Origin: Octopus sinensis
Taxonomy: Eukaryota
DNA: 64,000 nt
Direction: 5' to 3'
Assembly (NCBI RefSeq): GCF_006345805.1
Contig: NC_042999.1
Location: 32,798,001 to 32,862,000, forward strand
Shown: positions 39,754 to 50,530 of the stretch, piece by piece
Position numbering within the stretch: position 1 is the stretch's first letter
Layout: each line of letters begins with the position of its first letter
Made by a program: the position numbers and the translations under genes
The notes under the pieces: generated by a model
What the model saw: only the letters and a program-made list of their open reading frames with translations
What the model was told of the DNA's origin: nothing
The model's database searches: none

Positions 39754-39906
39754 CGAGGTTCAGTGAAGTGTTAATAGCATTCGGAACCGAGCAGAAGATA
39801 TAATTGCAGTGACCATTTAAATCTGCTACAAACATTGCTAAATTTTCTTCGATGGTCTCACTGGTGTGAGGAAGTAGGGCAGTTATATTTATTGAATTCA
39901 TAAATC
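39754..39906 (-). CDS. Candidate 153-nt phase 1-1 host exon (FMNSINITALLPHTSETIEENLAMFVADLNGHCNYIFCSVPNAINTSLNL)
   Basis: Polypyrimidine acceptor TTTTTTTCTTCTCATTATCGCTGCAG, open frame, donor GTAAAC. Non-repetitive; no homology established. Confidence 0.35.
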
Positions 39907-40253
39907 CTGCAGCGATAATGAGAAGAAAAAAAACAATGATTTTTCTGCTACAGAAACTATGCCTCTTAGTATAATCGCGACCATTGTCACAATTTTTGCT
40001 GTTAGAAATGCAGTTAGCATTGGAAGACGTCACTATTTCATTCCCATAGCGTGCTGCAAGTTTGACATAAACAAATTGAACGAAACCTTTCGTCGAATTT
40101 AGCGTCAAGGAAGAACACAATCGCAAAGGTGTCTCTAAGACATGAGTCAGTATTAAAAATATTTAGACTCTGGTTTTTGTAAGTTTCAGCAATCAGTTCC
40201 CATAGCTCTTTCGCAGATCCACTGCAGCAAAATCATTGTTATTCAAACAATTT

Positions 40254-40486
40254 ACGGCGGCGAGCTGGCAGAAATGTTAGCATACCGGGCGAAATGCGTA
40301 GCCGTATTTCGTCTGCCGTTACATTCTGAGTTCAAATTCCGCCGAGGTCGACTTTGCCTTTCATCCTTTCTAGGTCGATTAAATAAGTACCAGTTACGCA
40401 CTGGGGTCGATATAATCGACTTGATCCGTTTGTTTGTCCGTGTTTGTCCTCTCTGTGTTTAGCCCCTTATGGGTAGTAAATAAATA
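40254..40486 (+). mobile_element. SINE family B, full length, ~14-bp TSD
   Basis: Same family as 13984-14217. TSD GTTATTCA(A/G)ACAAT at 40238-40251 and 40487-40500. Confidence 0.92.
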
Positions 40487-40841
40487 GTTATTCAGACAAT
40501 GATTTACATTGTCACATTTCTATAACTCCTAATTTATTATATCAAGATGGCATCCATTTAAACCGTCAATGAAATAACATGACTATATGAAGAGTGCATG
40601 TGTACGATGGACATAGCAAACATATTTAACGCATTGCTGATCGTTTGCAACTTGGTATTTACCAACGTTCATCTAGTTGATTAGCAATTATGAATACAGC
40701 CACCACATTCCAATAACTTATACCTTCTGAAGAATTTACTGTCTGGATTTTTGCCAATATGTAATCAAATATAATAGTCGGTCGTTTAATCATTTAACAG
40801 ACATGAAATAATTACATATGAAAGTATATGAATATACATAT

Positions 40842-40880
<39 letters not shown>

Positions 40881-40883
<3 letters not shown>

Positions 40884-41184
40884 CGGAGATGTACTCGCAT
40901 AGCAAGTGATTTGATCTGAGATCGTGTGCTGGAACGAAAACAATTGCAGCGTGGAAGGTGTTTGTAAGCCATTTAAGAAACACACAAAAGCCGTTCGATT
41001 CACTTCAACATTTAAGTTTAATTTGTCAAAAAGTTTTCGTCGCTAAAATCCGCGACCTGTTCACTGACAAAAATCCGTTAGCGACGAAAATATTTTGACA
41101 AATTAAACTTAAATGTTGAAGTGAATCGGACGGCTTGTGTATGTTTCTTAAATGGCTTACAAACACTTTTCACGCTGCAATTGT
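40881..41184 (-). mobile_element. (TA)n-flanked PLE-derived element with ~107-bp inverted arms
   Basis: 40940-41046 is the near-perfect reverse complement of 41078-41184, with a 31-nt spacer. Confidence 0.85.
41022..41071 (-). ncRNA. Minimal type I hammerhead fold with a G3-C8 swapped core
   Basis: UUUGUCA-GUGAACA-G-GUCGC(GGAUUUUA)GCGAC-GAAA-ACUU-UU-UGACAAA: 7-bp stem I, 5-bp stem II, minimal stem III. Confidence 0.65.
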
Positions 41185-41194
41185 ATATATATAA

Positions 41195-41265
<71 letters not shown>

Positions 41266-41270
<5 letters not shown>

Positions 41271-42070
41271 CATATTTAAAGGGTTAAAAATCCACTATGT
41301 GGTCATCCGTATGCTAGAAGTAGATCACCTACGATCAAACTATAAAGAAAAGAATGTTCTCTAGAAAAAAATTCAGCGGACACTAGAACAATATGCGGGC
41401 AAGACAGATGAAATTTATATAAAAAACAAGAATTACTCGCAGACCGGCGATTTCGCCTATTAACGAATGAATCACTTACGTAATCCGTCGTCCGTAGGGC
41501 TCGTCAGTACAATCGTTCCACAGGTAATATAATTTGTAAAACTAACAACAAGTTTTCTGTATAAAAACAGACACGTGCTTAGTGTCACTGATTACATTGG
41601 GGTTAATTTCAAATGTCTGAGTCCTAGAGCGCTAAAATCCCGGAAACAAAATATGCAGAAAATAATTTACTGCAGTTGATGCTGCCTATTAGAGAACATA
41701 TTTAGTTTAACATTTAAATAATGAGGCAGATAAATTGAATATTAATTTAATCAATATCAATTTAAAACCAGTAGCCTAGCATACAAAAATCTGAAGAATC
41801 AGAGAAAATTATAATACATGTGTATATTTAAAGGGCTAAAAAACACTATGTGGTCAGCCGTATGCTAGAAGTAGATCACCTACGATCAAACAACACAAAG
41901 GGGAAGTTTACGAAAATAAACAAAAGACGAAGGCAGGTGGAGTACAAACAAACAAATGTATTAGTAAAGCGCTCAGGAATAGAAAAACTTTTTTACGTTT
42001 CGAGCCTACGCTCTTCGACGGAAAGATACGCGGGAAAAAGACAAGGAGAAACAAGGAGGAGGAAAAAAGA
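41266..42070 (-). mobile_element. Composite PLE terminal-repeat fragments
   Basis: A ~75-bp direct repeat (TATTTAAAGGG..CACTATGTGGTCA.CCGTATGCTAGAAGTAGATCACCTACGATCAAAC) occurs at ~41273 and ~41825. It shares a segment with 11269-11369 and has hammerhead-like motifs at 41437-41512 and ~41990-42025. Confidence 0.65.
41437..41512 (-). ncRNA. Type I hammerhead-like fold with a long stem II loop
   Basis: UUGUA-CUGACGA-GCC(C)UA(~36 nt)UAGGC-GAAA-UC(GCC)GG-UC-UGCGA. Stem I is 5 bp including two G-U pairs. Confidence 0.45.
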
Positions 42071-42444
42071 GAGAAAAAAGGAGAGAAAAAAATATATATC
42101 TTCGCTATTCACGCATACACACTTACACACTGACACACGCCATTCTCGCATACATACACACGTCCTACACACGTCCGTGCACCTGCTCTTGTCGGGAGCA
42201 CTAGCGTTATTATTATCTCCCTTCCATTCAACCACGTTTTTAAATATTATCTCCTTTTCTTTCAACATCTGTTTTCGCAATCATTTGCCGTGCAGGTCTG
42301 CTCAACTCTACACATGTTTTTCAGTCTCACTCTGTTTATTTCCTCTTATCCCTTCCTGATGAATTGTCTAGGCTCGAAAAGTAAAAGACTTTTTCATTTC
42401 TCCCGAGGGTCAAATTATGCAATTGTTTGTCTTCGTCATTTGCT

Positions 42445-42495
<51 letters not shown>

Positions 42496-42507
42496 GTATG
42501 CATATTC

Positions 42508-42543
<36 letters not shown>

Positions 42544-42613
42544 GTATATATGAATATGCATACACACACACAAACACACACACATACACATATATATATG
42601 AATATACATACAT

Positions 42614-42662
<49 letters not shown>

Positions 42663-42663
42663 G

Positions 42664-42727
<64 letters not shown>

Positions 42728-42850
42728 CTGGGACCTATAAGCATATGACTGTACTGGGTAAAGTACGTTTATGGTTTGGGCTATCTGGTTCGAGCATCAA
42801 TTATGATATATTATACATGTGTGAATGTATATATGTATTATGTACGCACC

Positions 42851-42945
<95 letters not shown>

Positions 42946-42958
42946 CTATAAGTAAGCG

Positions 42959-43148
42959 TATCTGAGAGACACCACCATGCCGAAATAGCAGTCAAACCCT
43001 GACTCTAAAAACCAACTAAAATGTTCATAGTTTATTTTGCTAGTTTATTTTGTCTATCTGTCTTACTCGTGGTGCGATATGAACATTTTAGGTGGTTTTT
43101 AGAGTCAGGGTTTGACTGCTATTTCGGCATGGTGGTGTCTCTCAGATA
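42959..43148. repeat. Near-perfect hairpin, 71-bp arms, 48-nt loop
   Basis: TATCTGAGAGACACCACCATGCCGAAATAGC..ATGTTCATA / TATGAACAT..GGTGGTGTCTCTCAGATA, with one mismatch seen. Confidence 0.92.
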
Positions 43149-43263
43149 TTTCTATTTATAGTTGTAAAACATTATTACCTTTGTAAGGTATTTATTCCCA
43201 TGCTGGCCACTTGATAATATCGATATTTAAATATCGATATTAACCTTATATATATATATATAT

Positions 43264-44936
43264 AAATTGCTAAGATGATCTGGTTCTTGACTGATGACTG
43301 AGGGCTTCGAATGTCCCGTCCTGTGGTTCTTGTGTCGTCTCTGTGGTGTTTCATGTTCTTGTCCATGTCTGTAATTATTTTTACTGTTTACCTATATAAT
43401 CGGCGGCTACGTATCCACAATTGTCCTTATACGATAAGTATATTTTTTCTCTAGCATTGATACGACTCTTAATCTGTCTCTTTTTCTCTCTCTCTCTCCT
43501 CCCTTATTCCCCTTCCTTTCTTTCCCTCTCCATCCGCCTCCCCCCCTTCTACGTTTCTCTATCTCTCTCACCTCCAGCCCCCTCGATCTGTCTCTTTCTT
43601 CTCCTCCCTCGTCCACCTTCTCTCTTTTCATCTGTCCCTTTCTCCTGTCTTTTGTTCTCACGTGACCGCTAGCCGCTGTTGAGCGCTCTTTTCGTTTTCA
43701 GCAGTCGCAGAAGCAACACGTATTTGTTCGTCTCCCCGTGGCCATTAGGCACAACTTCACAAGCCAGCCCCATACTCAACTCGTCCTGTCGAAAGACCCT
43801 TGTCCTACGTCCTGGTTTTGTTTTGTTGTTTATTTTTTATTTTTACCGTTATTGTTTTTACGTTTTTGTATTCTTATTGGTGTCACGTATTCTGTATTTT
43901 TGTTGTGTACTTCGTTCGTTTTCCGTCCTTTCGTTGTATACATTCGAAGCTTTCTTCCAGGGGATCTAATGCGCTTGGCTTAGATTTCCCTTGGCGGGCT
44001 GGCCATATCGGAGCAATCTCAAGATTAATCAGCCGAAATTGCTAAGATGATCTGGTTCTTGACTGATGACTGAGGGCTTCGAATGTCCCGTCCTGTGGTT
44101 CTTGTGTCGTCTCTGTGGTGTTTCATGTTCTTGTCCATGTCTGTAATTATTTTTACTGTTTACCTATATAATCGGCGGCTACGTATCCACAATTGTCCTT
44201 ATACGATAAGTATATTTTTTCTCTAGCATTGATACGACTCTTAATCTGTCTCTTTTTCTCTCTCTCTCTCCTCCCTTATTCCCCTTCCTTTCTTTCCCTC
44301 TCCATCCGCCTCCCCCCCTTCTACGTTTCTCTATCTCTCTCACCTCCAGCCCCCTCGATCTGTCTCTTTCTTCTCCTCCCTCGTCCACCTTCTCTCTCTT
44401 TTCATCTGTCCCTTTCTCCTGTCTTTTGTTCTCACGTGACCGCTAGCCGCTGTTGAGCGCTCTTTTCGTTTTCAGCAGTCGCAGAAGCAACACGTATTTG
44501 TTCGTCTCCCCGTGGCCATTAGGCACAACTTCACAAGCCAGCCCCATACTCAACTCGTCCTGTCGAAAGACCCTTGTCCTACGTCCTGGTTTTGTTTTGT
44601 TGTTTATTTTTTATTTTTACCGTTATTGTTTTTACGTTTTTGTATTCTTATTGGTGTCACGTATTCTGTATTTTTGTTGTGTACTTCGTTCGTTTTCCGT
44701 CCTTTCGTTGTATACATTCGAAGCTTTCTTCCAGGGGATCTAATGCGCTTGGCTTAGATTTCCCTTGGCGGGCTGGCCATATCGGAGCAATCTCAAGATT
44801 AATCAGCCGAAATTGCTAAGATGATCTGGTTCTTGACTGATGACTGAGGGCTTCGAATGTCCCGTCCTGTGGTTCTTGTGTCGTCTCTGTGGTGTTTCAT
44901 GTTCTTGTCCATGTCTGTAATTATTTTTACTGTTTA

Positions 44937-44940
<4 letters not shown>
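43264..44940. repeat. Tandem array L-I-L-I-L (L = 131 bp, unit 772/774 bp), flanked by (TA)n
   Basis: L occupies 43264-43394, 44036-44166 and 44810-44940. The two units look identical apart from a 2-nt change in a CT tract. Confidence 0.93.
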
Positions 44941-44973
<33 letters not shown>

Positions 44974-45199
44974 GCATACATACATATACACACACGTATG
45001 TATGCATGTTTGAACGAATGTATGTATGAATGTATGTATTTATGTTGTTAGCTCAAATAATTGCAGAAGAAATATTACGGATAATAACAGCATCCAAAGT
45101 TTCCTCTCCATTATCTGCATTTTCTCTCTGCTAGCGCTGTCAATTGGTAGTTCATAGACGTAATTATGAAGTCAGGATAGTAACAGCAATTTAAAATTC

Positions 45200-45900
45200 A
45201 CCAAGTGAAAAGTCGTCCAGCCACTCTTGCAACACCATTTGTCATGCATACTTGGACTACAGCATTCTTGAACCCCGTAACCTTTCGTTTAAAAAAAGTT
45301 GCCTCCGGTGGACCAAGTATGAAACGTTGACTTACTTCAAAAGGTAAATCTGCTACTTCCAGTAGATGAATTAATTCAGTTTTAGAATAAATATCAAATT
45401 CAATGAAGGGTAATTTTTCTACCGTACTATGGACATTTCAGCGTCAAATAATATCATCTCACATCTATTAAGCCTGAGGTTTTCTTAGAGTAAAACCTGT
45501 CTCAAGCATTGTGTCTTTGTCATGGTGATTTGCAGCATTCAAAATTATTCTTGTCTCTTTTGTCAGGGCTTGTTGTTGCTTTCTTTCATTCCATTGGAAT
45601 TATACACTTGCTGTGCCCTATGATCCTGATTCACAATTTCTTGAAAATCTATCTACCTTGTTTTTAATGAGAAAGCGATTCCATATTGGTCGATATTGCT
45701 AGGCATTATATATCAGGAATACACACACGATATTCATGAGAAAGTCATTTTCGTGAAACTTCTTATGCTTCTTATTTCGAAGCAGTTTGAAGAATAATTT
45801 CTCGCTGTTCTTGAAACATTAGTTCTTATACGTGTTTGCCTCGAACTGCATTCGCTTGTCGTTTAATCATTCCTTTCTATTCCGTTAAATTCTTTTCATC
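45200..45900 (-). mobile_element. Possible Naiad-type PLE reverse transcriptase relic
   Basis: Broken frame with TKETRIILNAAN and LPFIEFDIYS..LIHLLEVA, resembling ISK.ILD.IN and FI.FDI.EFYPSI of Naiad RTs. Confidence 0.35.
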
Positions 45901-46326
45901 CTTCCTTGCTGCAGAATCCTTGTTGCTTCCCTCTGAAAACGTCTGTGTTGCTTAATCATATTTGGTCTTATGGTGAATAAAATATCTTTGAATAAACTGA
46001 AATTGCAATTCATAGGAAAAATGTAATTAGGAAATGTAGGTAACCATGTCGTCTCATGTTGTCACTCCATATCACATTGATACACTTTTTGTTATATTTT
46101 TTTAATTTATAAATGGCAAATGAATATTTCAGAAGCTATGTGTTTCTACAAATACTTAACGTAACAAACCGAGAAATGTGCATGCCCTAAATACATTATT
46201 GTAAAACTTGAAATATTTACACAATTATCGGTAAATATTAAATGCATAATGAGAAATTTTCGGCAACATACGTATTATATTTCACCATTCCTATACGTAC
46301 AAGCAATTATACAAACACAGACGTAT

Positions 46327-46419
<93 letters not shown>

Positions 46420-46489
46420 ACTTCGATACGTTTAGACCAAAGATTGCTCCAGGCCATCTCTAACAAAATAGCATCATCCGATGGTATTT

Positions 46490-47800
46490 CTTAAACGCTT
46501 TTTAAGTCAAGTTTTGGAGTATCATGCCCAATGTGAGCAGGGTATTCTTGTTCAATGATTTATAACAAGATATAGGGTGGCTTATCTGGTATCCCTTGAA
46601 GAAATTTATCCCGATAGCGTTTAAATGTGATGAGATATTTTACTTCTTTGATTTGTTTTGGGACAATGTTAAATAGGACTATGTCAGTTGAAGCAAAGAA
46701 ACTCTTTTGCTGTGAAATAGTGTGCTGCGATCCTGGATTGAATAGGGGTCTATGGACCGTATTCCTAGCCTTGGATGAATTATAAAACTAATGTTGTGAC
46801 CGGTTGGGCAATGCTGCTGGTATTTTCTCCACATTGTGCAAATGATGTATCGCTCACGGTGGCGCTGGACAGAATAGAATTCCAGTACTTGAAGGCGGTC
46901 CCTATAATCAAGATCAGTCATCGCCTTAATCCTTTTAGCGAATGCCCTCCGGGGTTATTCAAACTTCGAAATATTCTGTTTTGTGTTGGGGGACCACAGG
47001 GGGTAGCAGTATTCGAGGTGTGGCAGAAAAGGGAGAAGAAAAGGGGCTTGATGACAAGTTGTTTCTTTGGACAGGAATATAATGCTTTTAGGATTCAGGA
47101 GCTTATCTTACGAGTTATATCTAATTTTTTTGTTGATGCAGGTAGTCCACCTGAGATTGTTGCCTACAATTACTCCTAGGTCTCTGATATTATTAGATGC
47201 TGAAGGAAGAGAATATGTCTGTTTTAACATCGTTCAAATTTCTCCCCATTTGGTCTCATATTGTTTTAACCTGCCCATTGACTTACAGCGTGCAGATCAG
47301 ACTAATTTTCAGTTCGGTCTTCTCCGCTGATAATTTTCTGGAACTTGGAGTCATCGGCGAATATTTTAATTTTGCTGTTATTGGTGACGCCTGAAATGTC
47401 GTTTACATAGATTATAAACAGAAGCGGGGCCCAAGACAGGCACTGAGGGAGGCCACTGAATACATTTGCTAGGCTTGGTTGGGTTCCACTGAACACAACA
47501 TGCTGTATTCTGTTCTCCAGGAAATACTTAATGCACGGATTGCAATATTTGACAATTTTACTGTAAGATATTGTGGCTGATTCTGTCAAACGCTTTACAG
47601 TGATCAAGATATATGACAGCTGAGTTCGAACCTGATCCGAAGGCTTTAAGGACATCATCAATGTGATGCAAGAGCTATGTCAGACAGTTTCTGCTATAGC
47701 GAAAGGCATGCTTCATTGAAATTAGAAGATTATGGCTCTCTAGGAAGCCTGTTGAATTAGTATGTCTTTCTATTTGAACTTTTTTTGAAATTTATTTTCA
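46490..47800 (-). mobile_element. CR1/L2-group LINE, 5'-truncated RT and 3' region, degenerate
   Basis: GFLESHNLL..HAFRYSRNCLT*LLHHIDDVLKA; VFSGLPQCLSWAPLLFIIYVNDI..IKIFADDSK; LDYRDRLQVLEFYSVQRHRERYII. Confidence 0.9.
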
Positions 47801-47822
47801 AAAAGTTCAAATAGAAAGACAT
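47762..47822. repeat. Palindrome at the LINE 5' truncation point
   Basis: ATGTCTTTCTATTTGAACTTTTTTTGAAA / TTTCAAAAAGTTCAAATAGAAAGACAT. Confidence 0.85.
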
Positions 47823-48410
47823 GGCTTATATCGCAGCTGTCTGGCTGCTATGAAATTGAAGCTTACCTAACTTTTAGAGGGAGTTCATGGGTCAAATTAG
47901 TATATGTTTTGAATACGATCTGATTGGGGGAGGACAGTCACATGACAAGTCTTAGAAATTTGTGTAGGTTTCCCACTACATCCGTGAGTTAGTATCAACA
48001 ATGATTGGCGTCGTAAGATTACATAGGTCAGATAAAGCTTACTCTAAGAAATTGACTGACTATTCACCAACAACAAATACGAGACTCCAATACTAAACAG
48101 GTGCCACTGAGTGGAAACATAGTCATATGTACAAAGAATAAGTTCCCCAAGTCCCAGGTCTTCCTTCCCACACTACTTATATTCAGCGAATACCATAGAT
48201 GAAGCACGGATAAACAAAAATACTTTCATATAAATGTACAAACCATATGTACACAAATTACTATTCACTCACAAAATTTATTCTGCCACTTACCATTTTG
48301 AAGCTACACAGCTAACAACTTAAACTTTAGCCAATGGACTAGATACAAACGATTCGTGTTCACCGCTATTTCTAGCGCATGGAGTCTCTAGATACCAGCT
48401 CTAAAATTGG

Positions 48411-48508
<98 letters not shown>

Positions 48509-50229
48509 AATAACTGTAGCTCAACCTAAATGCCACGGAGAATAATATATATATAACCTACGTTTATTAGACCAAATTATTAACAAGTGAAATATCGTAA
48601 GCTAAACGCTTTTCCTCATTTCATCTTTCGGAATTCTTCGTCTTCCTCATATTTCCCCTGTCAACACATAGATTATTGTTATATGTGAGAGTAACGGAAG
48701 AAGTTTTGTTTTCCTCTATGTCCAAGCAAAATTAATGTTTTAACCGAGCACATAATACAGGCCTTCCAATGCCTTCTTTGCACATGCTATTTCAGTGAAT
48801 AAATTCACTTGTCTTGTTTTATATCTACAGTCCGCAAATTGTCCGTGTCGTTAATCTCTCCGATTAAATGTCATTCTAGACCGAATGTTATGTAGCCCAG
48901 TACAGAAAGTTATTACAGGCTGTCCCCCATTTCAAAATTACCCATTACAGGCTACTCATAATTGTAATATGTGTAGTCGAACTATATAGCATTTACAATG
49001 AGGGACTAATTAATGAACGAGTTGCTCCAGCTTCGCCGGTAATACAGAGGTTACGAATTAGTATAGTGTGTGCTCATGGCCAAAATCGTCAATAACAAAT
49101 ATTGGTCCGTCATGAAACGGGAACGTATGATAGAATTCATAAAATTTAATAAGGCTGTATCGGTTGACAAAAATAGAATGGAAACATTCTTAGAATCTTT
49201 GAAGTGTCGCTTAGGAATGGTACACCAAAAACATGCATTCGTTTCTGATTAATTTGTGTACTCTTAGAACGAAGGTAGAATTTTGAAGCTAATATACTTG
49301 CCTTCTCTTATGAAGGACAAGAGGGTCGAATGGCAGTGGCATAAGTCGACGACGAATCCATTAATCGGTCTTTCTTTGATAATAGTGGGCAGATGCTACT
49401 GTAACTGAAACAGGTGTGTACAGTCTTCCTGTAGCATTTTAACTAACTTCTCAGGAAAAGTGCTGTGCTCAAAGGTTTGATAGATTCCGGTACTTAAGTC
49501 GATTCTTTCTTATGATCGTCGATAGTAGAATGTTTCTGAAGCTTATATTAGCTGAGGAAATAGAAGGTACGTTTGGCAACGGGATGAATGATAAGCTGGT
49601 TTGCATAATCTGCTCTAAGAGTTTTACTTTTATACCCCAGACCTGTTTGTACAGCTCTTGGCATGTATGTAACATAAATGGCAGCAGATTGTTTGATGTC
49701 TGAGTAATGATGCATGATCAATTGATATTCCAAGCGAATCATCTCCAAAATAAATATCAAACTATGCCCTGACAAATTCAAATGAATCAAATACTTTCGA
49801 TAGTATTTTCTATTCATACTTAATTCGGTTTCGATACCGTCTTTCGCAGTTGGATTGCGGAAAAATGTAGAGAAAACTGCCGGTGGTTCGTATGAATGTT
49901 TACTTAATGAAACACTTCGGTATCATGCACATTCTTGATGACGGGTGTCCCTTTTCTCCTGAGTATGTATGTATTATTGAGTTACTACCCCGGAACTAAA
50001 GACGCTGACATCCAGCGTGAGCTGGAATCTGGAATACACATGAGGGTTTATACATACAATGTTACCATCATGTCTTTGACACTAGACATATTGAGATGAT
50101 TGGCTCTGTAGTGTGGTGAAAAGAGACAATGAGAAGAAGAAAAGTCAATTCTCATATAGAAATGGGTCCAGACAAAGTTATACTTGAGAGTTCCGGTGTA
50201 GAACTGGCGAACACTTATATTTCCTCCGT

Positions 50230-50530
50230 CATATATTGCAGCTTCATCGTCCCTGATTGCCACAGTTCACATCAATGTGGACTAAGGTGCCTACTCTTCC
50301 ACTGTCAGTGACAAAGACACATCTCTCTGGTCAGGGGTTCTATTTATTATCAAAAACCTCTGAATGGAGACCTGTGCTTGCAATGTTACAGAATAGTCAA
50401 AAATGTGAGATACACACCGTCTCCTTGGACTCAGAAGGTAAATTTGTCTTTCTGGATGTGAACAGCTGGGAACGAAATGCCTAGTGACTGGTGATTATCT
50501 ATGCTCCCACAGGGGTAGGACAGCCGGTCA
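50230..50530 (+). mobile_element. Probable L1/Tx1 AP-endonuclease fragment, degenerate
   Basis: SGVLF.., SLDSEGKFVFLDV..**LVIIYAPTG resemble the APE motifs GV.IL, GR...L and LVNIYAP. Confidence 0.45.

Noticed and set aside
41987-42025. GAAGAGCGTAGGCTCGAAACGT motif (also ~56425-56460)
   Set aside because: It is a recognisable PLE hammerhead remnant, but the 5' core is mutated (CCGUCGA / CCUUCAA), so it is not called as a ribozyme.
43288-43325. CTGATGA...CGAAT in the L repeat as a hammerhead
   Set aside because: There is no GAAA, no pairable stem II and no stem I partner.
49000-49900. Possible recombinase or transposase relic
   Set aside because: Broken frames with no motif I could identify with confidence.
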